DNA of 64,000 nucleotides from an uncultured Nitrososphaeraceae archaeon (GTDB lineage Archaea; Thermoproteota; Nitrososphaeria; Nitrososphaerales; Nitrososphaeraceae): NCBI GenBank assembly GCA_963837175.1, contig CAWIMJ010000050.1, positions 64,001 to 128,000 of the forward strand, read 5' to 3'. Shown piece by piece: positions 35,049 to 46,031 of this stretch (position 1 is its first letter; each line of letters starts with the position of its first letter). The notes under the pieces were generated by a model. It saw only the letters and a program-made list of their open reading frames with translations, ran no database searches and was not told where the DNA came from. The position numbers and the translations under genes were made by a program.

Positions 35049-35344
35049 TACAATCTCACTAGTCAGTTATTTAAAATTAACTTTAGACTCATATTTGGTC
35101 AAATGAAAGGATCTTTGTACTTTTGTATTTCAAATAATATAAGGGGCACTGTAAGAAGTTCTCTTTTTAGTTTCTTAAAAATCTTCTATAATAGTCTTAA
35201 TAAAAGAAATGAACTTTCCCAAAGACCTTTTGTGTAATTAGTTCAAATGTTAATATCATTCAAACCTAGTCCTTTTCAACGAAAGACGATGCAATTGATT
35301 CAGTTATTGGCACTCCTGAATTTTTTACTGAATACAGTTAAGAA

Positions 35345-36274
35345 TTACTTTTTTGTAATACTAAATTGGTCTATCATTATTCCATTTTTATCAGCATAAA
35401 ACTTACCTGTTAATGTTTTTCCATTACTTGTTATATCTATATTTAAGATCCCAAACCCTAGATACTGTTTAACACTGTAGTCTGCTATATCAGTAAAGTT
35501 ATGAATTTTTTTTCCGCCTGTTCCTACTGTAAGAAATATTTGCCCATCAGGATCTGTATAGCTGTTTGTATTTGTACTGGTTTCTATTGGATTGGTGACA
35601 TTATTATTATTGAATTTAATAGGATATGTTCTTTCATAGTGGTGGTTATGTCCTTGCAATACAAGGTCTACATCATACTTTTCAAACAGCGGCTGATATG
35701 TATCTGGTAATAAAAATTCTGGAGGATGGCGTGAAGGTGAAGTAATCATCAGTTTATGAAAATACACAACTATCCAGTCTATATTTGGGTCTGATGCTGC
35801 CTTTGAAAGGTCGTTGTTTACAAAGTTATATTGATCTGAATTTACTCCATATGGAAGTTCCGTTGACATTACAGTAAAATGAACATTCTGATAGTTAAAA
35901 GAATAATACTGTTTTGTAAGGTTAAAATGGCTCATATACTGTCTGAGTAAAGGTAAATTTATATTTTCATGGTTACCTATTGCAATTTTCATTTTTTCAT
36001 CGATAGGATCTACTATTTTGAGCCAACAGTCAGCACTAGTATTATTATAAGAGTAGTCCCCCAATCCAAGTACTAATTCCGGATTTTTATCTATTACGTT
36101 TTTTATAGTATTTTTTGCATTAGTATTACAGCCCCAATCTCCTGCAGCTGCAAAGTTAAAATCAGCATGTACAGTTTGAGCAACTACCATCTGTTTTGCT
36201 GGGGTTTGGGTGAGAGATGTAATCGATGAAAATAAGAGTACTGTTATTGCAGAGAGAACTAGTACTCTTTTCAT
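35345..36274 (-). CDS. Secreted metallophosphoesterase
   Basis: AGDWG, GDYSY, GNHE, GHNHHYER. Confidence 0.92.
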   Translation of the reverse strand: MKRVLVLSAITVLLFSSITSLTQTPAKQMVVAQTVHADFNFAAAGDWGCNTNAKNTIKNVIDKNPELVLGLGDYSYNNTSADCWLKIVDPIDEKMKIAIGNHENINLPLLRQYMSHFNLTKQYYSFNYQNVHFTVMSTELPYGVNSDQYNFVNNDLSKAASDPNIDWIVVYFHKLMITSPSRHPPEFLLPDTYQPLFEKYDVDLVLQGHNHHYERTYPIKFNNNNVTNPIETSTNTNSYTDPDGQIFLTVGTGGKKIHNFTDIADYSVKQYLGFGILNIDITSNGKTLTGKFYADKNGIMIDQFSITKK

Positions 36275-36867
36275 ACATAGCCACTCTTTTGCTTTGCTAT
36301 ACTTTCCATATAGTTAATTCCTTTGGCTTTACATCGAAATTTTTTAAAAATCTTCATATTCATGAGAGATGAATTAACAGGTGGTAATTATTCTATTAAT
36401 ATGTTAGTAGTAATAAAATTATTATAATATTTGATATTTCATAATATTAGTTCGCAATCTCATAAGCTTGCGCCTAGAATTTAATTCTCAATTGCATATT
36501 ATTAGATATTTTTCCACATTTGGTTCCACGTATTAAATTAAAGCAGGAAAAGCTGGTATCCATTAAGTCTACGCAAGTCACCTATTCTTATCTATACTCT
36601 CTGTCACATGTAATACTGGTAGTAGTACACGCCTCATACCCCTTTCGTCTTCGTATGCTAAGATTCTCCCAAGATCGACTGCAATATCTCTATCTTAATC
36701 TTAGTCCACAGCTTTATCTGTCAAATCTCTATTATTACACTTCTCCATTTTCTCTTTATTCTGTATGACTTTTATTGTGGAGTGTGTCCTCCAACGATAA
36801 TGTAACATATTTTAAGACCAAATGTATTACAAAGGGTATTTATTTTTAAAAATAATTATAATTACTT

Positions 36868-37650
36868 ATGAACACACATACAATAGTAATTTTATTATCT
36901 TATATATTAGTAATATATTCTATCGGAATGGTTTATGCCATTCAGACTGTATATGGTCATTACTTCTCCAAAGATGATAGGGCCTCATTTTTGGCTCTAG
37001 TACATCAAATAAATGTCGAAACCAAACTGATCAATACTAATTTCCCCTCCAATGTTTCTCTAGCTATAGAACACACAGAAAATACTGCTAAACTTTTGAA
37101 TCATGTTTATCAGTTCGGTGAAGATATTGCAGATGATAATGACTTTATAAGAGAATATAATGAACAAATAAATAATACTAATTCTACCGTACAAGCTTTA
37201 ATTCTTGCCAATGTTGTAGATGAAATCCTCAGAAATTATGGTAAAGCATTGGAAGTTGACTATGATCTGACAAACATGTCAAATATGGTAATGTCAAATA
37301 ATAGCCATTCTACTACGATGATGATGATGATGGGTGGTAGTATGAAAAATTCTAGTATAATTAGAGAAAAGAGTGATAATAATATGACCAACAATATGAT
37401 AGTAAATTTAGCTGACTATCAGACTGCTCAAGCGCTTTCTGATAAAGCTCTGCAAATATTCGATAAAGACCTTAAACCCATGGCAGTAACATCTAATGTA
37501 ACTAATTTTATTAGTAATCTGGAGAATGGTTTGAGACAGCTAAGGGATGCAATAAACGAGAATGCAGCACCGACGGATGTGATGATGATTGTACATACTC
37601 AAATCCATCCAAATCTGCAAAAAGCCTATAATTTGCAGTTGATATCATAA
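36868..37650 (+). CDS. Secreted helical hypothetical protein with a Met-rich loop
   Basis: Signal peptide; MSNMVMSNNSHSTTMMMMMGGSM; C-terminal MMIVHTQIHPNL. Confidence 0.8.
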   Translation: MNTHTIVILLSYILVIYSIGMVYAIQTVYGHYFSKDDRASFLALVHQINVETKLINTNFPSNVSLAIEHTENTAKLLNHVYQFGEDIADDNDFIREYNEQINNTNSTVQALILANVVDEILRNYGKALEVDYDLTNMSNMVMSNNSHSTTMMMMMGGSMKNSSIIREKSDNNMTNNMIVNLADYQTAQALSDKALQIFDKDLKPMAVTSNVTNFISNLENGLRQLRDAINENAAPTDVMMIVHTQIHPNLQKAYNLQLIS

Positions 37651-37741
37651 TTTTCAGTTCCCTTTTGTTATTAATAGCTGTAGTTTTAATTTAGTTTATG
37701 ATGGTGGCAATAAAATGATACTTACGACTGTTTTGAAAACA

Positions 37742-37985
37742 GCATATAGCATTAGTGAACCGGTCCGGTGCTATCTAAATGCGATTAATAGAGAGAAGAG
37801 ATCGTATGTATGTAGCCTGAAAAGTCCCAAGATGTGGGCTACAGTCTATCAGTTGATGGATGGATGCTGAACCACTCAGATTTCATATCAGATGATGCTT
37901 TGATATTTAGGTGTGGAAAGAAAGAAGAGCATCTATAGAACCTCGAGTCGCATATGGGATCTAAGGAAAGCGTAATACTATAGCA
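37742..37985 (+). ncRNA. Candidate structured non-coding RNA, unassigned
   Basis: Five adjacent 6-8 bp stems plus one nested stem, with G-U pairs on the + strand; possible pseudoknot; T-tract at ~37990. Confidence 0.5.
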
Positions 37986-38056
37986 TATTGTTTTTCTATA
38001 GAAGAAACTATTTTCATTTATTCAGCTATGCTGCATCTGTTGTCCATTTCATGTTG

Positions 38057-38521
38057 CTAGATTTCGACTATGAACTCTAATTCAACTGCACTATCCAATG
38101 GTAGGCTGCTCGCTCCTATCGCTGACCTTGAATGTATACCTTTTTCACCAAAAAGCTGCACAATGAAATCTGACGCGCCATTAATTACTTGGGGATGATT
38201 TCTAAAAGAAGGGTCACAATTAACAAAGCCTGAGACTTTGATAAATCTCCTTATTTTGTCAAGACTACCAAGAGTAGATTTAAGCTGTGCAAGAGCATTT
38301 ATTGTACAAAGCTTTGCAGCCTCTTGTCCTTCCTCAACTGATATATCTCTACCTACTTTCCCTTTAAATTTTATCTGCATAGGAATTGAGCCAGGCTCCA
38401 CAGGGATTTGCCCAGAAACAAAGACAAGATTTCCTGTGATTACAATTTGAACATATGAACCAGCAGATTTCGGAGCATCGGGTAATTTAATTCCTAACGA
38501 GAGAATTTTCTCTTCTATCAT
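38057..38521 (-). CDS. RidA/YjgF/UK114 family protein
   Basis: VFVSGQIP, HPQVINGASD, GIHSRSAIGASSLPLDSAVE. Confidence 0.93.
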   Translation of the reverse strand: MIEEKILSLGIKLPDAPKSAGSYVQIVITGNLVFVSGQIPVEPGSIPMQIKFKGKVGRDISVEEGQEAAKLCTINALAQLKSTLGSLDKIRRFIKVSGFVNCDPSFRNHPQVINGASDFIVQLFGEKGIHSRSAIGASSLPLDSAVELEFIVEI

Positions 38522-39327
38522 TGGGTATTATTCATAGCATTAGTAAGTAACTATTAATATTATCCTATTACATATTAAAAAATATAAATGAGTATAATTA
38601 CTGATTGCTCTATCTCCATCACCATAACTAAAAAATATTTGGATTTATTATTATAGTATATAATTAACTTTTATTAATACGATAAATAGAATTCAACTTC
38701 GCAAATCTTGTTCCTTCAGTGTAAATACATAAAAGCCATTTAGCCATTCGAACTGTAACGACAATGAGCGAAATTAGGTATTTGAGATCCAAAAAGCTTA
38801 TGGAGTCATAATTTGATACACTATACCATCTTTGTTATATTTATGATTAAATATCCATGATTCCATTATGAATGTTCATCTGCTCATCATATAAGGTATA
38901 TCCATCACGCGCACAATCGTTAGAGCGGCAATTTCTGCAAATAAGGATTCTAGATGCTATATCTATTAAATACCAGCAATATTATATTGTAAAAAGAGTA
39001 CTACTGTATCTTACAAACTGCTTTAGAATAAATTTGTTATTCAATTTCTGACTACTATCTCTTGAATATTGCAATTGTCAAAATGTGTGAATATCTTCTG
39101 CAAGAGTGTTTACTCTTATCTGAATTTTCTTCTCATTATCTATTTGTTTATTCTTCTTCTTCTCATACATTAATTCTCTGGCTTCATATTTAATCCTTAA
39201 CTGAATTCCGTGTAGAACACATGATTCTTCATCTATGCTAGAATTATGAGAAAATGGAAAAAATAATCGTCACTGCTCAGAAGAATTTTTTATGTTTATT
39301 TTTAACACTATGAGTCAGTTCTCATAG

Positions 39328-39987
39328 ATGATATATATAACAGAAAGAGATTTAAAAGCGCTATCGATAAACAGAGAAATGAAAAATATGTCTTTAAAAG
39401 CTGGTTTGTTATTAATATCAGTTGGTTTCGTTATTTGTATTATCATTGGTTCAGAATCCATATTTGCTCAATTAGAATCTACAAACATCAATAGTACAAA
39501 TGCTACTACTCCTATTAATATCACTGCAAGTTCTTTAGCTATGAGCTTGCAAAATCCAATAACAGGATCTTTTGGAGATGATCGCTTGACAGGTACAAGT
39601 GACATCGATATCATGATAGGTTTTCTAGGAGCAGATACAATACATGGTCTAGCAGGTGATGACGCAATTCAAGGCGATGAAGAACCGGATAAACTTTATG
39701 GTGATGCTGGCAACGATTTACTTCAAGGTGGCATAGGAAGTGATCAGCTATACGGAGGAGAAGGAGATGATATTCTCGCAGGAGGATTAGACGACGACTT
39801 TTTAGCAGGAGAAATCGGAAATGATAAGTTATATGGTGATGTGGGTGACGATATTTTGATAGGAGGACCAGATGCAGATTATTTTGACTGTGGAGACGGC
39901 ATAGATGTAATCATGGATTTTAATCTAACACAAGGAGACGATCGTGCTGGCAATTGTGAAGAAATAATTCAACTTCAAAGCTCGTAG
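39328..39987 (+). CDS. Secreted RTX Ca-binding protein
   Basis: GGxGxD repeats, DYFDCGDGID...NCE; true start probably 39379 or 39388. Confidence 0.88.
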   Translation: MIYITERDLKALSINREMKNMSLKAGLLLISVGFVICIIIGSESIFAQLESTNINSTNATTPINITASSLAMSLQNPITGSFGDDRLTGTSDIDIMIGFLGADTIHGLAGDDAIQGDEEPDKLYGDAGNDLLQGGIGSDQLYGGEGDDILAGGLDDDFLAGEIGNDKLYGDVGDDILIGGPDADYFDCGDGIDVIMDFNLTQGDDRAGNCEEIIQLQSS

Positions 39988-40275
39988 TCAATAATTTCTA
40001 CTCGTCAATACGTTACAATATTCTAGACTAACAGCTTCTAGTTTATCAAATTAGTTAATTTTGTGCTTTATTGTATAACTAAATTAATCGCAATGTTTAA
40101 CCGAATTTCCAGAGTTCCAAAGACTAATGTGAATACAAATTTGGTGATAAAATGCGAAATTTTCAAATCATATTGATGAATATCAGAATTATGCGATGAA
40201 GCAGAAGAAACTAAAAGTAGAAATACAAGATATCAAAGTGAAAAACATCTTGTACTAAAAGACTATGATATAACC

Positions 40276-40800
40276 ATGGATATTCTTTAAGTAATACATC
40301 TGATCCATTGGCAAGAGATTTTTTGGATAATATTATCTTCATTTACTAACATTGCCACGGGAAAATGTCTTTGTCGGGGACTTATATGCCTACAATGATA
40401 AACGTGGCCCTGGTTCTGGTAATATTGTCAATTTTCTTGAACCCCATTTTGCCCTTCCATCTATACATACTTATGAAAGTGTGGCAAGTGTTTATGGACA
40501 GATATCAAATAATATTGAGGCAGGAATATGATTGGATTTCTTGATATCTTTCAAATAGCATTAGGGGGTGTTTTCACAGATATTCAAACCATTTTTGAAT
40601 CGTCAGGTCCACGGTCATAAAATTTCGATTATCCAACCTAACAAGAGATTGGATCGATGTAATGGAGATTGGAAAAGATATCAATAATTATTCAATTAAT
40701 AACAATCATCATGGACTATATGCAAAAGAATACCGCTTTTTTCTTGTTACAGCAGTAATACTTACCAATTCTATTAGCATAATAGCGGACACAGAAAGCA
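40276..40800 (+). pseudogene. Prokaryotic gasdermin relic (frameshifted, truncated)
   Basis: Reconstructed SDPLARDFLDKYYLHLLTLPRENVFVGDLY...ASVYGQISNNIEAGI*LDFL..IALGG...IKFRLSNLTRDWIDVMEIG...RFFLVTAVILTNSISIIAD; collinear with remembered bacterial gasdermin motifs. Confidence 0.7.
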
Positions 40801-40946
40801 ATCCACTACCTATATTCTTCTCTTCGTTTTGTGAAGGTTTTTGCTGCTTTATTCTCTATTCTGAGCTCATCAAAATATCCCGGTCCCCCTCCTCCCTGTA
40901 AAGAGCTCGTTTTTATAAATAGTAGACCTAGCTAGGAAGTAATAGC

Positions 40947-41177
40947 ATGGTTAATACATTTAGAAATAAACGAGTTTACGGTAATACTATTTTATTATTT
41001 AAAAATAATGATATACTTTCAAATCCGATCAAAGAAGAAAATTATCAAGTAATTGACCTAGATCCAAATAAGCCAATAATGTTTGAATATGATCCAAAGG
41101 AGAAAAAATATGCGATTAGAAACACTGCAAATAATCACTACAATAATAATAGTATCAGGTTAATAGTTCCTATGTAA
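40947..41177 (+). CDS. Small hypothetical protein upstream of the XPB helicase
   Basis: ATG preceded by TTTATAAA about 30 nt upstream; protein-like composition. Confidence 0.55.
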   Translation: MVNTFRNKRVYGNTILLFKNNDILSNPIKEENYQVIDLDPNKPIMFEYDPKEKKYAIRNTANNHYNNNSIRLIVPM

Positions 41178-41232
41178 TAGAGTTATTTCATTTTCCTTTC
41201 AGTGGTTAGACAATAACGTTGGGAATAATATC

Positions 41233-42759
41233 ATGATAAAAAACATAAAAGAAAGACCACTGACAGAATCATTCAATGCATCAATACCAAGTATTTTGAA
41301 TCTAAAATTTCCTTTTAACCTTACAAAGGATCAACATAAAGCAGTCGACGCGTGGTTTTCTAATAAATGCAGAGGATCTATAATATATAGCACTGGAACA
41401 GGAAAGACAGAGATAGCCTTTGAATGTGCAAGAATAAGGGCAGCGGCGGCAGTAGAATATGAACAAAAGATAAAACCAGATAATAATAATATTGTTGTAG
41501 ATTGCAATAATAATAACAATAATAATAACAATTATCCTTATTCTTCTTCTGATAATGCCACCGCTACTACTGCTACTAGTTTCAATATACTATTTTTAGT
41601 TCCACGAATAGTTTTGATTGAGCAGAATTTTAAAAGGCTACTGTCTTATAATATACCTAAAGAATCCATAGGAGTATATTTTGGAGAACGTAAAGAAATA
41701 AGAGAAATAACAATAAGCACCTATCAAAGTATAATTAACAAATTAGAATTAATTCGTAATTCTAATATGATAATATTTGATGAAATGCATCTATTGACTG
41801 ATTCAGCAATAACATTAAGAAAGATATTTGATCTTCTACGAGAAGAAGATAATTCTGTTAATAAAAAAGCATTATTAGGATTAACTGCAACAATAGATGA
41901 ACAAGATCCTAACTATAATACAGTTGTCTCGTTACTCCCACCAGTCAAAAAATATATGATAAGAGAGGCGGTAGAAGATGGAAGACTTGCAAAACCAATA
42001 GTAATACCAATAAAGGTTAAACTGACATTTGAGGAGAAAAAGCTCTATGATGACTACTCTACAAAGATCAGGAATATTTCAGACGAGTTGAATATATCTG
42101 ATCCACAATTAATGTCTTCTTTATTGAGAAACTGGGGCTTACCAGCCAAATTGGCAAGATCATGGTTTGAAAATGTAAGGAATAGAAAAAATCTAATTAA
42201 TTGTGCTCAAAATAAACTGTCCGCTGCAACTGATCTGATAGCAACAAAGCATCCATCAGAAAGAATAATGGTTTTCAGTGAGACAATAGAATCTATTAAG
42301 AAATTAAAGGATATATTAGAAAAAGAAAAGGGAATAAAATCAATGATAATTGAAAGCAAACTAAAATCTAAAGACCGGCAGGCGATTTTATCTAAGTGGG
42401 GAACAGATTTTTATCCTTTGCTTTCAGTTCATACATTGGAAGTTGGATACGACGTTCCTCAGGTAAGAATAGCCATCATATTGGCAAGCACTTCAAACAT
42501 CAATCAAGCTGCTCAAAGAATAGGAAGGATTCTGAGAAAGGCTGAAGGAAAAAATGCCGCATTGATATATACGATATATCTTTCAGGTACACATGACTAT
42601 AACCATTTGGGTGTAGTAAAACAAGCAACACAAATGGATGGTAAAAGGAAAGAAGCAAATAATAACAATAACACTGGCATCAGGAGCCAGACGCAAACAG
42701 CAGCAGCAACAAACTGTAGATTAGACTTTTTTTTAACCAATAATTCCTCCTCATCCTAG
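41233..42759 (+). CDS. SF2 DNA helicase, XPB/Rad25 family
   Basis: TGTGKT, IFDEMH, GLTAT, VGYDVP, QRIGRILR; poly-Asn insertion. Confidence 0.9.
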   Translation: MIKNIKERPLTESFNASIPSILNLKFPFNLTKDQHKAVDAWFSNKCRGSIIYSTGTGKTEIAFECARIRAAAAVEYEQKIKPDNNNIVVDCNNNNNNNNNYPYSSSDNATATTATSFNILFLVPRIVLIEQNFKRLLSYNIPKESIGVYFGERKEIREITISTYQSIINKLELIRNSNMIIFDEMHLLTDSAITLRKIFDLLREEDNSVNKKALLGLTATIDEQDPNYNTVVSLLPPVKKYMIREAVEDGRLAKPIVIPIKVKLTFEEKKLYDDYSTKIRNISDELNISDPQLMSSLLRNWGLPAKLARSWFENVRNRKNLINCAQNKLSAATDLIATKHPSERIMVFSETIESIKKLKDILEKEKGIKSMIIESKLKSKDRQAILSKWGTDFYPLLSVHTLEVGYDVPQVRIAIILASTSNINQAAQRIGRILRKAEGKNAALIYTIYLSGTHDYNHLGVVKQATQMDGKRKEANNNNNTGIRSQTQTAAATNCRLDFFLTNNSSSS

Positions 42760-43007
42760 ACAAAAGACACAATATATCCATATATAGCTAGTAATGGTAT
42801 GCAAAATACCTCCATTATATCCACCATTTCCACTTTGCCTATGACGATGGGACGCATCCGCATATCTTCAAACATATGATTACAGTATACAGTATACCAC
42901 ATCATAATTTCGTATATCTTTTAAAACCAAGTAAAAGGATTTTTTAAGCATAGTAAACCTTACATATTAAGAAAAATCTGTAAACGAACTTTTGTTAGTT
43001 AGTATAG

Positions 43008-43874
43008 CTAGTCTAACGATCTTATAATCAACTTCTTTATCTCTACATCTTTAGGACCTTCTTCTTCATCTGTATTCTGACCGTTTACTCTAACCCAGGC
43101 ATATGATTTCTTCAAGTATAGCGCTTTATCAAGCATGTAAGGTAATGGCTTTGGGTCTTTCCATCTTCCTACTTCTATAAAGTTACCGTTATTATCATAA
43201 TCAATCTCTAGCCACATCTCTACCTGTTTACCATCTGCAGTATCATGAACTGAATATCTAAGAGTGTAAATCTTGCCGTACTCCATCTTACGAGGTAGTT
43301 TAAAGTCTGGAAAACTTGTATGCACGTTGTGATATTCCTCTCTTGCTGCCTCAACTTTATCAAGAGCCACTGTAACGCCGTACCCACCGAAACGGTTCTC
43401 AGGCGGATCTGGCTCATTATGTCTAGAACGTAACCTAAGACTTAGTGTATTATCAAGTGATGGATTTGGAATGTATGATATCTCCATCTGTGCATTGTAG
43501 TTATTTACATGGATATAGATTCTTGCTCTATCCCCTGAAATCTTGGCCGTACCATCACCAGATACCTCAAACTTTCTACTAGAACCTGCTGCAACTTCTA
43601 CATTCTTGGAGTATGGGTCAAACTCATTAGCGCTGGTTATCGTTCTCTTTCTACCGTTATTCCACTTGCCATTAACATTAGAGTCCCATAGAACTGTGCC
43701 GTTTGCAGGTGGCGATGGTTGAGTAGTAGTGATAGTAGCAGGAGAAATGATATTTTTAAGCATCTCTCCGTATTGTGAAAGTGTTACGACCAGTATGGCC
43801 GCACCCACAATCACTGTACCTAATACTAGTGAAATCTTAATTTTATAATCCAACCGGAAATTCTCCACCATCAC
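43008..43874 (-). CDS. Membrane-anchored beta-sandwich protein, possibly carbohydrate-active
   Basis: N-terminal TM, Thr/Pro linker, LRLRSRHNE..NRFGGY, WVRVN; function is inferred. Confidence 0.6.
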   Translation of the reverse strand: MMVENFRLDYKIKISLVLGTVIVGAAILVVTLSQYGEMLKNIISPATITTTQPSPPANGTVLWDSNVNGKWNNGRKRTITSANEFDPYSKNVEVAAGSSRKFEVSGDGTAKISGDRARIYIHVNNYNAQMEISYIPNPSLDNTLSLRLRSRHNEPDPPENRFGGYGVTVALDKVEAAREEYHNVHTSFPDFKLPRKMEYGKIYTLRYSVHDTADGKQVEMWLEIDYDNNGNFIEVGRWKDPKPLPYMLDKALYLKKSYAWVRVNGQNTDEEEGPKDVEIKKLIIRSLD

Positions 43875-44747
43875 TTTCCTAATTCGTTTTATGTTGGCTA
43901 ATCAATACAACTATAGCAACAACCAGACAGACCTCAGCAAATTCTGAGTGTCATTCACGGAGCCTTGCCACCATTTTACTGTTACTGTTCTATCATCATA
44001 CATCAATAAATACAATGATTTGCAATATACTTTAATATTTCACAAGACTTCTCGAAGTCAAAAAATAAACCCTAAAAATGGTTATCATGTATACCGTTGT
44101 TGTCAGTATAACCCCTATTATAAAAGAAGCTTTCGAAAGATAAACTCTTTTAATAGTCCTTGTACATGTTCAGATAATTTTATTGATTAAAGTGACTTGC
44201 GAAGTTCTATACATATGCCATTACAATAAATCATAGGTCGTTATCACTTATCGGTGATATCAACACAAACATCAGAAGTAATCACGTGTAATTCTTCTAA
44301 TCTGACTTTTCTTTATAAATTCTGCTATTTTATTTAATATGACGTTAAGGCTGCTAGTTTAGAGCTTTCAATTGTTGCTTGAGTATGATATTCAGGCTGC
44401 CTATGAACTTGCTTTAGTATTATCTTACTGTAAATCAGTAATTCTGATATACTTTCTTCTTTTATCAATCCAGCTTTATATTCAAGCTTGGTTCGTATAA
44501 CAAAAATGCGTCATAATTGTCTATCGACAGTTTGTTGATAATAATCTGTTATCATTGAATTGGTAGTCTTGATTACTATTCTAAATTTGTGGCTTATTAA
44601 TATATTTGGGTCTTAAGTTTCATCGTATGTATCATTCTTATGGTTTAGTTTCTGCAAATATTATTACATGGTTAGTATATAGGAGAATTATTATCTAAGC
44701 TGCTATAACAATTCTTATATTATTACGCTGTTACCTTTTCTTATAAT

Positions 44748-46031
44748 ATGAAAGATATTGCGAATATTTCATTATCAATGCAAATGAATCCAAGATTATT
44801 ATATAAGATTGTTGCACTTGCATCTTGTTGTTATCTAATAATGTTAACATTTTTATTTTCTGCACATATTGTCCTGGCTCAGGAAGAAGACGATTCACCA
44901 AAGACCACAAAAAAACCCAGTAAAACAAACTTTAACTTTGCAGCCGCAGGAGATTGGGGATGTACAGATGACACAAGGAATACCGTAGACAACATGGTAG
45001 ACAAAAAACCAGAATTAGTACTTGCGCTGGGTGACTTTTCATACGAGCCTACTGCAGATTGTTGGCTTGATGTAATACAGCCTATAGATAATACTATAGA
45101 TAACGCAATGAAAATTGTAATAGGCAATCATGATATAGAAGACCTACAAAATTATATGAACCATTTTGGTCTTACAAAAGAGTATTACTCATTTGACTTT
45201 AAGAATGTTCACTTCATTGCACTTGGAACAGAAGAAGAATATCTTGATTTCAGTAATAATATAGCAAAAGAACAATTAGCGTTTGTACAAAGTGACTTAG
45301 AAAAAGCTTCAACTAATCCCGATATAGATTGGATTATACCATTCTTTCATAGACTAATGTATTATGATGATAATGGTCTGTGTGATAATCTAGTTGATGA
45401 ATATGACCATAATCTGGTAGATGTATACCATCCACTCTTTGAGAAATATGGAGTAAGTCTTGTGTTACATGGACATGCACACACATATGAGAGATCATAT
45501 CCACTTAAATTTAATTCTGGAGACAGTAAACAACCAATAGTAACAGATGAAGGTTCAAATAACTATCGTAGTGAAGATGGACTTGTAGTAGCTACAGTAG
45601 GTACTGGTGGTTCAAAATTTACCGAGACATGCCTTATCCCTGAATTGGCAGCAGTTCAGTATGCGAATTTATTTGGATTTTTAAATGTGGATGTATCATC
45701 TGATGGAAGAACACTAGTCGGTACATTTTATGATAATGCAGATGGACAAATAAAAGATACATTTACTATTACAAAATCATCGGTACCATCAGTAGAAAAT
45801 GAAAATGCTGATGATAATAATGACCATAACGACAAACAGATAATGACAAAAGATGAATTACAAAGTGAATCACAGAAGGACGACTCTGCGACCGATGAGG
45901 AAGTATCAACAACAACAACAGAACCTAGTGAGAAAAATGGAAATGAAGAATTTAGTATAGGAAATCAGGATAATAAGTATAAATATGATATCGCATTTGA
46001 TAATATTAATACATATAGTAACAGAGGCTAA
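44748..46031 (+). CDS. Secreted metallophosphoesterase with an acidic C-terminal tail
   Basis: AGDWG, GDFSY, GNHD, GHAHTYER. Confidence 0.9.
   Translation: MKDIANISLSMQMNPRLLYKIVALASCCYLIMLTFLFSAHIVLAQEEDDSPKTTKKPSKTNFNFAAAGDWGCTDDTRNTVDNMVDKKPELVLALGDFSYEPTADCWLDVIQPIDNTIDNAMKIVIGNHDIEDLQNYMNHFGLTKEYYSFDFKNVHFIALGTEEEYLDFSNNIAKEQLAFVQSDLEKASTNPDIDWIIPFFHRLMYYDDNGLCDNLVDEYDHNLVDVYHPLFEKYGVSLVLHGHAHTYERSYPLKFNSGDSKQPIVTDEGSNNYRSEDGLVVATVGTGGSKFTETCLIPELAAVQYANLFGFLNVDVSSDGRTLVGTFYDNADGQIKDTFTITKSSVPSVENENADDNNDHNDKQIMTKDELQSESQKDDSATDEEVSTTTTEPSEKNGNEEFSIGNQDNKYKYDIAFDNINTYSNRG

Noticed and set aside
37742-37985. RNase P RNA, SRP RNA or group II intron domain I
   Set aside because: Only short look-alike words (GAAAAGTCC, GGATCTAAGGAAAGCG); no complete P4 pairing, SRP helix 8, intron domain V or RT gene. 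Left as an unassigned RNA
41233-42759. Helicase as partner of the gasdermin relic
   Set aside because: It is an ordinary XPB/Rad25-type gene downstream of a separate promoter; the gasdermin is cut by a junction near 40800, so the adjacency is probably secondary
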